Of a stretch of 64,000 bases of DNA, positions 49,472-59,305 are shown in pieces; within the stretch, counting starts at the first letter, position 1; each line of letters starts with the position of its first letter. The notes under the pieces were generated by a model. It did no database searches, had not been told where the DNA came from, and worked only from the letters and a program-made list of their open reading frames with translations. Position numbers and translations under genes: made by a program. This DNA is from Candidatus Poribacteria bacterium. Lineage in GTDB: Bacteria; Poribacteria; WGA-4E; WGA-3G. The stretch covers positions 83,562 through 147,561 of the forward strand of contig JAJDUH010000045.1 in assembly GCA_022826805.1 (NCBI GenBank), given 5' to 3'.

Positions 49472-50566
49472 CTACAAAAATTGCTGATAAATATCTTCCA
49501 ATTTCCGCATAGATTCGGCATTATCAAACTTTCGTTGAATCGCCACACGTGCGTTTCTACCCAACGTCTTCGCAAAGTCAGGTTGCGTTAGCACCCAATA
49601 GAGTGATGCAGCTAACTCTTCTGGATCTTTTGGTGAGACCCGAACGCCGTTCTCTCCATTCTCAATCAAATCAGCGATACCACCAACATCCGAGGCAATA
49701 CAGGGTAACCCGACACCCATTGCTTCGATTAGCGCATTCGGTGAACTCTCGTGCAGCGAAGGTAACGCAAAGACATCCGCTGACAAGAGGACAGAAAAGA
49801 CATCTTCACAGAAACCCGGGAACTTAATCTGCTCCGAAAGACCGTGCTTTTCTGTGAGCGCGCGGAGTTCTGTCTCTAATTCCCCGTCTCCGAGAAATAT
49901 GCAGGACCATGCAATATCCTCTGGTTTAATGAAACTCAACGCTTCAATCAGATAACGATGTCCTTTTTCAGGTGCGAAACGTCCGACGCTTACGATTAAC
50001 TTCTCTTGGGTATCATCTGGCGGGCGCTGTTGCCATGCTTCGGTGGGTAATTCTAACAAATTTGGAATGCTGACAATCCGTTTGTCTGGGTATTGTTGGC
50101 AGAGTTGGTTTTGAATCTGTGCCGAATTAGTTAAGAGAACATCGGCAGTATTATAAACAAACTTTTCTGTGAGCCAGAGCCGAAATTTACCGTATCTCGC
50201 ATGGTAATCGCCGCGTTGTGAGGCTACGAACGGTAACTTACGCCAGAGACCGCATTTGCGAGAGACACCGCAGAGGAAATTAGAATACCACAACCAACTA
50301 TGCACAATGTCGGGTTTCACTGAATTGACAACACCACCGAGTGCAAACGCTTTTTCTAACAATCTCATGCGGCTGCCTTCGCCTGTGAGGGTGGCGACAT
50401 CTCGGACGCAGGGCATCGCAGCAAGTTCTGTTACACGTTCGCCTTCGGTGCGGCTTAGCACGACATATACCTCGTACTGCTCAGGTGGCAACCGATCAAT
50501 TGTTTTGAGCAGTTGGGATTCGGCACCGTCTTTTGTCATAGAGTCAATGACATAAAGAATCCGCAT
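49472..50566 (-). CDS. GT4 glycosyltransferase
   Basis: GAE, VGRF..EKG, PS..E..PNALIEAM, SDVGG. Confidence 0.9.
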   Translation of the reverse strand: MRILYVIDSMTKDGAESQLLKTIDRLPPEQYEVYVVLSRTEGERVTELAAMPCVRDVATLTGEGSRMRLLEKAFALGGVVNSVKPDIVHSWLWYSNFLCGVSRKCGLWRKLPFVASQRGDYHARYGKFRLWLTEKFVYNTADVLLTNSAQIQNQLCQQYPDKRIVSIPNLLELPTEAWQQRPPDDTQEKLIVSVGRFAPEKGHRYLIEALSFIKPEDIAWSCIFLGDGELETELRALTEKHGLSEQIKFPGFCEDVFSVLLSADVFALPSLHESSPNALIEAMGVGLPCIASDVGGIADLIENGENGVRVSPKDPEELAASLYWVLTQPDFAKTLGRNARVAIQRKFDNAESMRKLEDIYQQFL

Positions 50567-50674
50567 AATGGCTATCGATTATTGGCTATTGGGAATCTTC
50601 AGTTCCGGGATTGTTGGTTTATCAACGTCTGTAATCACCACAACGCTTTGCTGACCGCTGACGGCTGAGAGCCA

Positions 50675-52192
50675 CTACCAATAAGTGTAGAGCAGAACCT
50701 CCATAACGATGAGTTGTACAGTGAGTATGCCGCCGACCCAATAGAGATCAGATATTGGACGCGTCTCAAGATGTTTGGCAACGGGAATCACGAAAAACGG
50801 CACCATCAAGATCCAGATGCGCTCAACTTCCATCGTAAACAGAGTAGAGAATGTGAAAAAGAGGAGGGTTATCAGAAAACCGATGACGAAGGCGTCCAAT
50901 TTTTCATGTTGCAGTATCCAAGGAACACGTCTCGCATAAGTGTCCTGTTCAGAGAGGAGGGCGTCCCGTCGCCATTCCGCTATTGTTGATACGACCTGCC
51001 GGAGCCAGATGGTTGTTATTGGAAGCCCTACGCCGATGAGGAAGGCAAATAGGTTGGCAAAACTCAGGTGGAGATAACGCCCAACGCTTTCATAGCCGGT
51101 CCCCATTCCCATCTCATCCTTTTCGATAGATGCCACGAGTGCCTCAATTGGACGAAATCCGGTCAATATAAAGAGCAATAGGTAGAATCCGATGAACCCC
51201 ACCCCCGAAAACAGCAAAACTTTCAGATACTGGACAAACTTTTTTCGTTCCAGTAGTGGCACAATACACAGAAAAACGCCAACAATTACCGTTGAATACG
51301 TCATGAACATCCCAAGTGCCAGTGAAAGCCCCATCAGCAAACTATAGGGACGGAAACTGTACCACACTTGGTTGGGTCCAGCTTCCCGTGCGCGTGCCTC
51401 ATAAAAGAGGTAGATACTCAAGATTGGAAAGACACTGAAAGGCCCGTCCATCGATGTCCCGGTGAACATTACGAAGTTAGGGGTGATAAGGAACAGGAGG
51501 AGCGAGTACCGAGCAACTTTTTCACCGTAGAGGCGTTCGCCGAGACGATAGAGCGGAACCACTGTGAGCGCAGTGAAGAGGATTGAAATCAACGATGCCG
51601 ATACAAGATTGTAACCGATGATTTTGCTAAAAATCCATAAGAAAAGCACACCCCCTGGCGGATGGGTGCGTGTGTGTCCTGAAAGCCTTTCAAACAGTTC
51701 CGGTTTGCTATAATCCCGTAGAAAGGTGCGAAGTCCGAATTCATCAACCCGCGGCACATCACCGTAATACTCCAATGAAGTTCGTGTATACGGCTCCAAG
51801 AGCGCCAAAACGCGTTTTTCCTCACCTTCTTCTTCATATTCGCGGTATCCATCAATCAGTGCAACACTAACAGTAATCGCGAGAAAACAGACAAACGCTA
51901 TCCAGATGAGCCGTTTCCCAGATGCCCCTGAAATCAGGAACTTATGGCAGAGATACAGAAAACCGACACACACCAGAAGGGCGGGCAATATCCACAAACT
52001 CAGAGCGAAACTCGGTTCGGCATATAGTGGGACAATGTGCGTTTTAAACCGTACCGCACCGAGATTGAGAACCGTCTCGCGCATGATGTAGAACAGGAAG
52101 AAGTGATATGCCACGAAAAATAGCGCGAGGAGTCCGATCTGGACAGGAATCAATCGAAGCGGTTTCTGGTCGTTCTGCCGAAGATTTTCCAT
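50675..52192 (-). CDS. Multi-TM GT-C-like (PMT_2/ArnT-like) glycosyltransferase
   Basis: About 12 TM segments, THPPG loop, EVERIW. Confidence 0.6.
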   Translation of the reverse strand: MENLRQNDQKPLRLIPVQIGLLALFFVAYHFFLFYIMRETVLNLGAVRFKTHIVPLYAEPSFALSLWILPALLVCVGFLYLCHKFLISGASGKRLIWIAFVCFLAITVSVALIDGYREYEEEGEEKRVLALLEPYTRTSLEYYGDVPRVDEFGLRTFLRDYSKPELFERLSGHTRTHPPGGVLFLWIFSKIIGYNLVSASLISILFTALTVVPLYRLGERLYGEKVARYSLLLFLITPNFVMFTGTSMDGPFSVFPILSIYLFYEARAREAGPNQVWYSFRPYSLLMGLSLALGMFMTYSTVIVGVFLCIVPLLERKKFVQYLKVLLFSGVGFIGFYLLLFILTGFRPIEALVASIEKDEMGMGTGYESVGRYLHLSFANLFAFLIGVGLPITTIWLRQVVSTIAEWRRDALLSEQDTYARRVPWILQHEKLDAFVIGFLITLLFFTFSTLFTMEVERIWILMVPFFVIPVAKHLETRPISDLYWVGGILTVQLIVMEVLLYTYW

Positions 52193-52198
52193 TTTTCC

Positions 52199-53323
52199 CT
52201 ACGAAGATGTATCCTTTTGAGTTGCCTGCAATTGCTGTGCGGCTTCTAATAACGCGTTTGCTAAAAATTCTGGGTTGACTTCATCCCTTCCACGGAAAGT
52301 CCGCACGCGTTCGCCACGCACCTTCAGAACTGCGAGTTCCTTTCCGCCTAAGTGGATTCCCACTTCTGCGTTGCGCGTCTCACCGGGACCGTTAACCTCG
52401 CACCCCATCACAGCTACCGGAATTTTTATACCGTGTTTTTCTAAAAGCGCCTCAGCAACGGTAACAATGTTCTCATAATCGGCAGCAGGATCTCCACGAC
52501 CACAAAACGGGCAAGAGACAACATCCAACATATCCGCTGCCATACCGAGCGCACGCAGTAGTTCTTTCGCTGTTAAGACTTCTTCAACAGGATCGCCTGT
52601 AATTGAGATTCGGACGGTATCTCCAATTCCATCTTGCAAAAGTGTACCGATGCCGAGCGTCGATTTGACGTGTGCACGCCGCGGGGTTCCCGCTTCCGTC
52701 ACGCCGAGATGTAATGGATAGGGTACTTTCGCTGAAAGTTGACGATTCGCCGCTATCATCCGAAGTGGATCACTCGACTTAACGGATATCGCAATGTCTG
52801 TGAAGTCGTGATCCTCACAGATATTGATGTGTCGCATGGCACTCTCTACTAACGCCTCAGCCGTGGGGGACGGATATTTCTCCAACAAATCCCTTTCGAG
52901 CGATCCCTCGTTGACGCCGATGCGAATCGGGATATTTGCTGCCTTTGCTGCAGACAGCACCTCAGAGATGCGTTCCTCGTTACCGATGTTCCCTGGATTG
53001 ATACGGACTTTAGCCACGCCTGCATCTACCGCAGCGAGTGCGTATCGGTAATTGAAATGGATATCCGAAACAATCGGCACTGATGCACGTCGGACAATCG
53101 CACTGAGTGCCTTGGCGTCCGGCGCTTCAGGGACGGCAACGCGAACAATCTGTGCCCCCGCCTCAGCGCATCTTTCTACCTGCGCTAATGTGGCATCTAC
53201 GTCACGGGTTAGCGTTGTGGTCATCGTCTGGATAGAGATAGGATTGCCGTCGCCGATCGGGATATTCCCTACCATGATTTTGCGTGTAGGACGCCTGTTG
53301 TTAATCTGTATGAGTTCTTTCAT
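52199..53323 (-). CDS. ispG: (E)-4-hydroxy-3-methylbut-2-enyl-diphosphate synthase
   Basis: IQTMT, DIHF, RINPGN, RIGVN.GSL, HLGVTEAG, SCP.CGR, MGC.VNGPGE. Confidence 0.96.
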   Translation of the reverse strand: MKELIQINNRRPTRKIMVGNIPIGDGNPISIQTMTTTLTRDVDATLAQVERCAEAGAQIVRVAVPEAPDAKALSAIVRRASVPIVSDIHFNYRYALAAVDAGVAKVRINPGNIGNEERISEVLSAAKAANIPIRIGVNEGSLERDLLEKYPSPTAEALVESAMRHINICEDHDFTDIAISVKSSDPLRMIAANRQLSAKVPYPLHLGVTEAGTPRRAHVKSTLGIGTLLQDGIGDTVRISITGDPVEEVLTAKELLRALGMAADMLDVVSCPFCGRGDPAADYENIVTVAEALLEKHGIKIPVAVMGCEVNGPGETRNAEVGIHLGGKELAVLKVRGERVRTFRGRDEVNPEFLANALLEAAQQLQATQKDTSS

Positions 53324-53346
53324 AATGGCTACTGGTTATCAAGGAC

Positions 53347-53446
53347 GTAGGTTGGGTTGAACGGTAAATTATTACAACGCATGTCAAAAGAGCACTTTCA
53401 AGTTCCTTATGACCCTCAAAGCACCCAAAAACGAGTGAAACCCAAC
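53347..53446. repeat. GTAGGTTGGGTT...GAAACCCAAC REP with a long internal spacer
   Basis: Same arms as the 57992 and 58103 copies. Confidence 0.6.
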
Positions 53447-53611
53447 GCATTTTGATTGCATTTTTATCATTAATAGGATTTCGTAAATTGAACAAAGAAA
53501 AGGTATATTTTGCTGGAAAATCGTTATTTTGTTGTATTTAACCACTTTCATCCCTTTATAAAAAAGATATTGGTCCTGTTATTTATGATTTAACTCCTTT
53601 TAATCACAAAT

Positions 53612-54694
53612 TTACAAGATTTGTTTTAAAGCAGTTATAAATCTTTCGTTTTCTTTTTTTGTGCCAATGGTTACACGGACAGCATTTGGATAGCCGTATC
53701 CAGCGATTGGTCGGACGATAATCCCTTTTTGGAGTAAGGCATCGGCAACGTCTGCACCTAACTGTTCGAGATGAAGCATAATGAAATTGCCTTCGGTTGG
53801 TGCGTAACGCAGTCCCATGTCATCAAACGCTTCGTAGAGGAAAGCTTTTCCCGCGGTGTTACTCGCTTGGCTCTTTTTGACGTGGTCGGTGTCCTTCAGT
53901 GCTGCACGCGCCGCTGCCTGTCCTACTAAACTACAATTGAAGGGTTGCCGGACGCGATTTAGCGTCTCAATCAACGCAGGCGGTGCGATACCGTAGCCGA
54001 TGCGGAGTCCAGCAAGTCCATAGATCTTGGAAAATGTCCGAGTAATGATAAAATTCCGCCCCTCTAAGACATACGGCAGTGTCTGTGGGTAGTCCGAACG
54101 GAGCACATATTCATAGTATGCCTCATCAAAAACGACAAGGACATCGTCCGGCACCCGTTCCATGAAAGCAGCCGTTTCATCGGCAGGAACCATCGTTCCC
54201 GTCGGGTTGTTCGGGTTAGCAATGAAGATAACTTTTGTCCTATCGGTGATTGCTGCTCCCATAGCGGATAGGTCGTGTGTATCGTTCTGCATTGGCACGA
54301 CAACAGCTGTTGCACTACACAACTTCGTTACAAGACTATAGACGACAAATGCCCCGGCTGCATAGATTACCTCATCATCAGGAGCGACATACGCCTCAGC
54401 GATGAGTTGTAGTACATCATTTGAACCGTTTCCTAAAATCAGTTGTTCAGTCGAAATCCCCAGATGTTGCGCGAGATCGCTTTTTAGATAGAAGGCATTA
54501 CCGTCGGGATAGAGATGTACCTGCCTCGCACTCTCAGCAATCGCCTGCACCGCTAATGGTGATGGACCCAACGGATTTTCGTTGGATGCCAGTTTGATAA
54601 TATCAGTGATGCCCAACTCGCGCTGGACCTCTTCAATCGGTTTGCCACCTTGATAGGGTTGAATTGTGTCGATGCTGGGTTTCGGTTTGAGCAT
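53612..54694 (-). CDS. hisC: Histidinol-phosphate aminotransferase
   Basis: KLASNENP, YPD, NPNNPTG, DEAY, RTFSKIYGLAGLRIGY. Confidence 0.95.
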   Translation of the reverse strand: MLKPKPSIDTIQPYQGGKPIEEVQRELGITDIIKLASNENPLGPSPLAVQAIAESARQVHLYPDGNAFYLKSDLAQHLGISTEQLILGNGSNDVLQLIAEAYVAPDDEVIYAAGAFVVYSLVTKLCSATAVVVPMQNDTHDLSAMGAAITDRTKVIFIANPNNPTGTMVPADETAAFMERVPDDVLVVFDEAYYEYVLRSDYPQTLPYVLEGRNFIITRTFSKIYGLAGLRIGYGIAPPALIETLNRVRQPFNCSLVGQAAARAALKDTDHVKKSQASNTAGKAFLYEAFDDMGLRYAPTEGNFIMLHLEQLGADVADALLQKGIIVRPIAGYGYPNAVRVTIGTKKENERFITALKQIL

Positions 54695-54808
54695 AATGCC
54701 TTTTATTTCTCTTCACTTGCGAGTGCGTCTAAATACAATATGTATTATAACACACCGTTTATTTTTTCAAAAGGTTTTTTCGCGGGTTATTGCTCACCAC
54801 TGTTGCAC

Positions 54809-54836
54809 TTGACAAAAAAGTGATTTCCGTTAAAAT
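54809..54836 (+). promoter_or_regulatory. Sigma70-like promoter
   Basis: TTGACA-N16-TAAAAT. Confidence 0.5.
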
Positions 54837-54896
54837 GATGGAAAACTCTATTTTCTGTTCACTAACTCACGCATCAGCGCGTGTGAAAGGAAAATC

Positions 54897-55523
54897 ATGA
54901 CACAAACACCTCCAGAATCAGCAGTCATCCTTTTTGACGGCACAGATCTTAGTGGTTGGACGAGCCAAGATGGCAGCGCCCCGAGTTGGAAAGTCGAAGA
55001 CGATGCAATGCTTGTCGTACCACGCACCGGCGATGTCATAAGCAAAGAAACCTTCACAGATCATTTCGTCCATGTTGAATTCAGATGCCCCGATATGCCC
55101 GAAGCGACTGGACAGGCAAAAGGCAACAGCGGTGTATTCCTTCAAGGTAGGTATGAAGTCCAAGTATTGGACTCCTACGGCATTTCAGTTCCTGGAATGG
55201 GCGACTGCGGCGCAATTTACAATCAGTTCGCACCGCTGGTCAATGCCTGTAAACCGCCCCTTGAATGGCAGACTTACGATATCGTCTTCCGGGCACCCCG
55301 TTTCAACGACGCAGGTGAAATGACTGAAGGTCCACGCATAACAGTCATCCAAAACGGTTTAGTAATTATCAATAATGCGCAGATTGCTGGCACAACAGTT
55401 GGAAGTGTAGATTCAGAACTTGCTCAGCCGGGTCCACTCCGTTTGCAGGATCACGGCAATGATGTTCGGTATCGGAACATCTGGGCGGTCCCACTTCCGC
55501 TTGAAGGCTCGGATAAGTATTAA
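54897..55523 (+). CDS. DUF1080 (3-keto-disaccharide hydrolase) family protein
   Basis: LFDG.DL.GW, GNSGV, YEVQVLD, LQDH, YRNIW. Confidence 0.88.
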   Translation: MTQTPPESAVILFDGTDLSGWTSQDGSAPSWKVEDDAMLVVPRTGDVISKETFTDHFVHVEFRCPDMPEATGQAKGNSGVFLQGRYEVQVLDSYGISVPGMGDCGAIYNQFAPLVNACKPPLEWQTYDIVFRAPRFNDAGEMTEGPRITVIQNGLVIINNAQIAGTTVGSVDSELAQPGPLRLQDHGNDVRYRNIWAVPLPLEGSDKY

Positions 55524-55557
55524 AAGGTTATTGGTTGTTCGTTATCGGTTGTCAGTT

Positions 55558-55745
55558 AAGAGGCGGATTTGTAACAACTCACAACTCCTTCGAATCCTCC
55601 AAGAAAGCGTGAATTGTTACAGAAAAACCTTCTAACCGACAACTGAAAACTGAAAGAGGCGGGTTTGTAACAACTCACAACTTCTTCAAGTCCTCCAAGA
55701 AAGCGTGAATTGTTACAAAAAAACCTTCTAACCGACAACTGATAA
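55558..55745. repeat. Tandem 96-bp hairpin-forming repeat with ACTGA(T/C/A)A heptamer arms
   Basis: Units start at 55558 and 55654; related unit at about 26355-26430. Confidence 0.8.
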
Positions 55746-55773
55746 CTGATAACTAATAATAAAGAGGAATTTT

Positions 55774-56727
55774 ATGGAAACCAATCAAGCTTTACCTACG
55801 ATTCCAAGGCGGCGATTGGGCCGCACGGAATTGAGTATTCCGGTCGTTCCGTTCGGCACGCAGGGGTTCGGAAACAATTTCGGCTTCGTATCAGATGAAG
55901 ACGCTGTAGCACTCGTTAAACACGCAGTCTCTATCGGGGTTAACCACTTCGATTGCGCTCGCTGTTATGGGGACTCGATGCGGAAACTCGGATTGGCACT
56001 AAAGGAGATTCCGCGCGAGGATGTTATCATTACCGGCAGACTCTGTTGCCACTCCGCTGCAAAATGGGGCGGCTATGGAGAGGGTAGACCCGACTATTCC
56101 GCTGAACGCGCGATCGCTGACCTTGAAAACCAACTTGAACTCCTCGGTATAGATTATTTCGACGGTATGCTCATCCACGACCCCGGCGAAATCGATCCGA
56201 CCCTTGAGAAGGGTGGCACGCTCGACGGCTTGCTTCAGTGCAAAGCACGCGGACTCGTACGGTTCCTCGGCTACGGCATGCGTCCCCACGACTTCCATCT
56301 CAAAGCGATGGCAACCGGGGATGTCGATCTTATCTTGTGTTTCAACGATTACAACCTCGTCCGGCAGAACGCCGCTGACGACATCCTCCCTTACGCCGCT
56401 GAACACGACATCGGGGTGATGAACGGCTGGTCGATCCTGCGGGGTATCCTCACAGGTGTCGATATCGACGCTGAGATCGCAAGGGGCCGGTGGAAAAAAG
56501 AAGGTGATGTTGCAGCGGCATACCCAATTTGGCAATGGTGCGTTGAAGAAGGTGTCAATTTGCTTCAACTTGCCCTCCAGTTCTGTCTGAAAGAAGAACG
56601 GATTCAGGGCAACAACATCGGGAGTCTGAACGTCGAGCAGCTTGAGGCAAACCTCATAGCCGCCAGTACACCGCTACCCGATGAGGTATGGGAGAAATAC
56701 GAGGCACGCTTCGGATCAAACAATTAG
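55774..56727 (+). CDS. Aldo/keto reductase
   Basis: RRLGRT, GVNHFDCA..YG, LGIDYFD..LIH. Confidence 0.85.
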   Translation: METNQALPTIPRRRLGRTELSIPVVPFGTQGFGNNFGFVSDEDAVALVKHAVSIGVNHFDCARCYGDSMRKLGLALKEIPREDVIITGRLCCHSAAKWGGYGEGRPDYSAERAIADLENQLELLGIDYFDGMLIHDPGEIDPTLEKGGTLDGLLQCKARGLVRFLGYGMRPHDFHLKAMATGDVDLILCFNDYNLVRQNAADDILPYAAEHDIGVMNGWSILRGILTGVDIDAEIARGRWKKEGDVAAAYPIWQWCVEEGVNLLQLALQFCLKEERIQGNNIGSLNVEQLEANLIAASTPLPDEVWEKYEARFGSNN

Positions 56728-56862
56728 CCATTAGTCTCCCCAACAAAAGTAGGCGCGGTTTGTAACCGCGCCAAGCAATATCCCAGACAAGTATTTAAGT
56801 TCGTAGTAGGTCGATTTATCGCCCGTTCGACGCGCAATGAATTGTGCTACTACAAACAATAC

Positions 56863-57954
56863 TTATGCCTCACTCTCCATTAACTTACCCAGAAACTTAT
56901 GCGTCGCACGCGGGAGCGGATAATCACCTAATGCCTCAACCGCAATCCATTTCGCATCACGCGGCCCGTTTAACACGACCTCACCCGATTGATAATCGCA
57001 CGTAAAAACATCTACCACGATCCTAAAATGCGTAAAGGCGTGCCGGACACGCGTCAGATACCGCACATTCGTGACAGAGAGATTGACAACTTCAACGATA
57101 TTACGGACACACGCTGCCTCAGCGATTTCCCCTTCAGCAATCCTCCCACCTGGGAACTCCCAAAGCCCACCGAGCAGCCCCTCAAACTGCCGCTGCGTGA
57201 TTAATACCTCACCTTCTCTGTAGATAACCCCTACTGCGATATGATGTTCCGGCACAGGTTTCGTCTCGCGTCGCTGTGGAAATTCGTCTTGACGTGCCGT
57301 CTGAAATGCTTCACAGAACGTGTTCACAGGACAAATAAGGCAGGTCGGTGATTGCGGACGACAGACAGTTGCCCCCAACTCCATCAGCGCCTGATTGAAA
57401 AGTCCCGGAGCCGTCGAATCCAAGAGTTCATCGGCTCGCTCCTGAAATAGTCTCGCCGACTTGGCATCGTTAACCGGGGCGTCCATCAGGAACAGGCGCG
57501 CCAGCACGCGCTTGATATTCCCGTCTACAGCGGCGTAAGGTTCATTAAAGGCGATGCTTTGTACGGCAGCCGCACTATAGTCCCCGACACCCGGTAATTT
57601 CCGAAATGTCGCATAGTCCCTTGGTACCACTCCATCGAGTTCGTTCACGATAACCTGGGCGGCTTTGTGGAGGTTGCGTGCCCTGGCGTAATATCCTAAG
57701 CCTTCCCAGACCTTTAGCACATCTTGTAGTGGGGCGGCTGCCAAGTGCCGAACATCTGGAAACCGTGCGATAAATCTATTATAGTAGCCCACAACCTTCT
57801 TGACTTGTGTCTGTTGGAGCATTACCTCGGAGACCCAGATATAATATGGGTTATCGGTGTTGCGCCACGGCATATCGCGCTGGTAGTTTTTGAACCAGTC
57901 TAACAAGGTATCTCGAAAGTCTTGGAAGTGTTGAGGTAATGGCTTTTTATGCAT
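56863..57954 (-). CDS. mutY: A/G-specific adenine glycosylase
   Basis: WVSEVMLQQT, WEGLGYY.RARNL, LPGVG, VDGN, Fe-S C..C..C..C, NUDIX-like C-terminal domain. Confidence 0.96.
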   Translation of the reverse strand: MHKKPLPQHFQDFRDTLLDWFKNYQRDMPWRNTDNPYYIWVSEVMLQQTQVKKVVGYYNRFIARFPDVRHLAAAPLQDVLKVWEGLGYYARARNLHKAAQVIVNELDGVVPRDYATFRKLPGVGDYSAAAVQSIAFNEPYAAVDGNIKRVLARLFLMDAPVNDAKSARLFQERADELLDSTAPGLFNQALMELGATVCRPQSPTCLICPVNTFCEAFQTARQDEFPQRRETKPVPEHHIAVGVIYREGEVLITQRQFEGLLGGLWEFPGGRIAEGEIAEAACVRNIVEVVNLSVTNVRYLTRVRHAFTHFRIVVDVFTCDYQSGEVVLNGPRDAKWIAVEALGDYPLPRATHKFLGKLMESEA

Positions 57955-57988
57955 AGCATTTTCTCGCTGGCGAGGTTTCCTGATAGCA

Positions 57989-58210
57989 GTAGTAGGTTGG
58001 GTTGAACGAAGTGAAACCCAACACCTAACCGCAAATAGCAGATCACAAATCTATAGCAATTCGAAACCCGACACTATGAATAGCCTGTATCGGTTCATAG
58101 TAGTAGGTTGGGTTGAACGAAGTGAAACCCAACACCTAACCACCAACAGCAAATCACAAATCTATAGCAATTCGAAACCCGACACTATGAATAGCCTGTA
58201 TCGGTTCATA
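57989..58210. repeat. 111-bp tandem duplication (REP plus 3' end of the FGE gene)
   Basis: Units 57989-58099 and 58100-58210 are nearly identical. Confidence 0.9.
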
Positions 58211-58873
58211 CGCAGCACGGTTAGCACACCGAGCAGCAAACTCGCCACGCGCGATCCATGAACCCCCGCGAATCACTCGCCGACGTCCTTCACTCGCGCC
58301 CAACGGATTCTCCACAGGCGAGTATTTGTAGGTCTCTATATGAAACCAGTCGCTGCACCAGTCATAAGCATTTCCCGCCATATCGTAGCACCCATAAGGA
58401 CTCACACCTGACGGATAACTCCCGACAGGCATCAACCGCCTATTCCCCGATTCGGATGTGTTTGCTCTGTTCGCATCCCACGCGTCTCCCCAAGGATATT
58501 CGCGAGCATCTGTGCCGCGAGCGGCTTTCTCCCATTCCGCCTCACTGGGTAAGCGATACGCACCGTTTTCAAGTGAATTGAGCCACGCCAAGAAGTGCAT
58601 CGCATCGTCCCAACTTATCCCGACGACCGGAAAATCAGGAGCGTTGAGGTGTTCTTCCCTCCAGAACAGCGGGTGTGGATGCCCCGTCTCCTCTACAAAC
58701 TGTGCGTATTGGGCATTTGTAATCTGGTACGTGCCGATAGCGTAAGCATCAAGCAGGACATTCCGTTGCGGTTCCTCTGGATCCGTTTTGCGGAGTCCGG
58801 TCGGAATCGTCCCCATGATGAATTCACCAGCGGGAATATGGATGAGAGGATAATTGATTGCTTCAATGTGCAT
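58154..58873 (-). CDS. Formylglycine-generating enzyme (FGE-sulfatase/SUMF1) domain protein
   Basis: F.MG, PVV.ISW.DA, RLPSEAEWEKAARG, DMAGN..W, RGGSW, GFR. Confidence 0.9.
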   Translation of the reverse strand: MHIEAINYPLIHIPAGEFIMGTIPTGLRKTDPEEPQRNVLLDAYAIGTYQITNAQYAQFVEETGHPHPLFWREEHLNAPDFPVVGISWDDAMHFLAWLNSLENGAYRLPSEAEWEKAARGTDAREYPWGDAWDANRANTSESGNRRLMPVGSYPSGVSPYGCYDMAGNAYDWCSDWFHIETYKYSPVENPLGASEGRRRVIRGGSWIARGEFAARCANRAAYEPIQAIHSVGFRIAIDL

Positions 58874-59305
58874 GTTAGATTGTCGGTTCTCTAATGTAGC
58901 ATAGGAAACCGTTAGCCTGTGCCTTATTAGTATAGCACATCTCCGTTCTCATTGCAATCTGTCGGTGGGGTATTTTGTCGTCGGTTTTCGGTACGATTCA
59001 CGGAGGCTTCACGGAGAATTTTACCAGCATAGGTGTCACGCGGGTTCGTGACATCGAATAAACCCATTCTCCGTGAAAACACAGATGTGAATATATTTTT
59101 AACCTATTCTGTAATTTTCTGTTGTAAGAAATAATTCCAGTTAGCAGTTGTAGGATAATATGTAGTGTCCACTGTCTGAATCAGGATTTTTAGGATTAGA
59201 GGATTTGCAGGATTGTGAACTGACGAAGATGTAAATGTCTGGTCAGAGGTTTAGCGTGGAAGGCTGAAAGCAGAAACACGTTCATTAAGGGGATTTGAAT
59301 TTCGA

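Noticed and set aside
55558-58210. CRISPR-like arrays at the 96-bp and 111-bp repeats
   Set aside because: Only two units each, and the whole unit is repeated with no unique spacers
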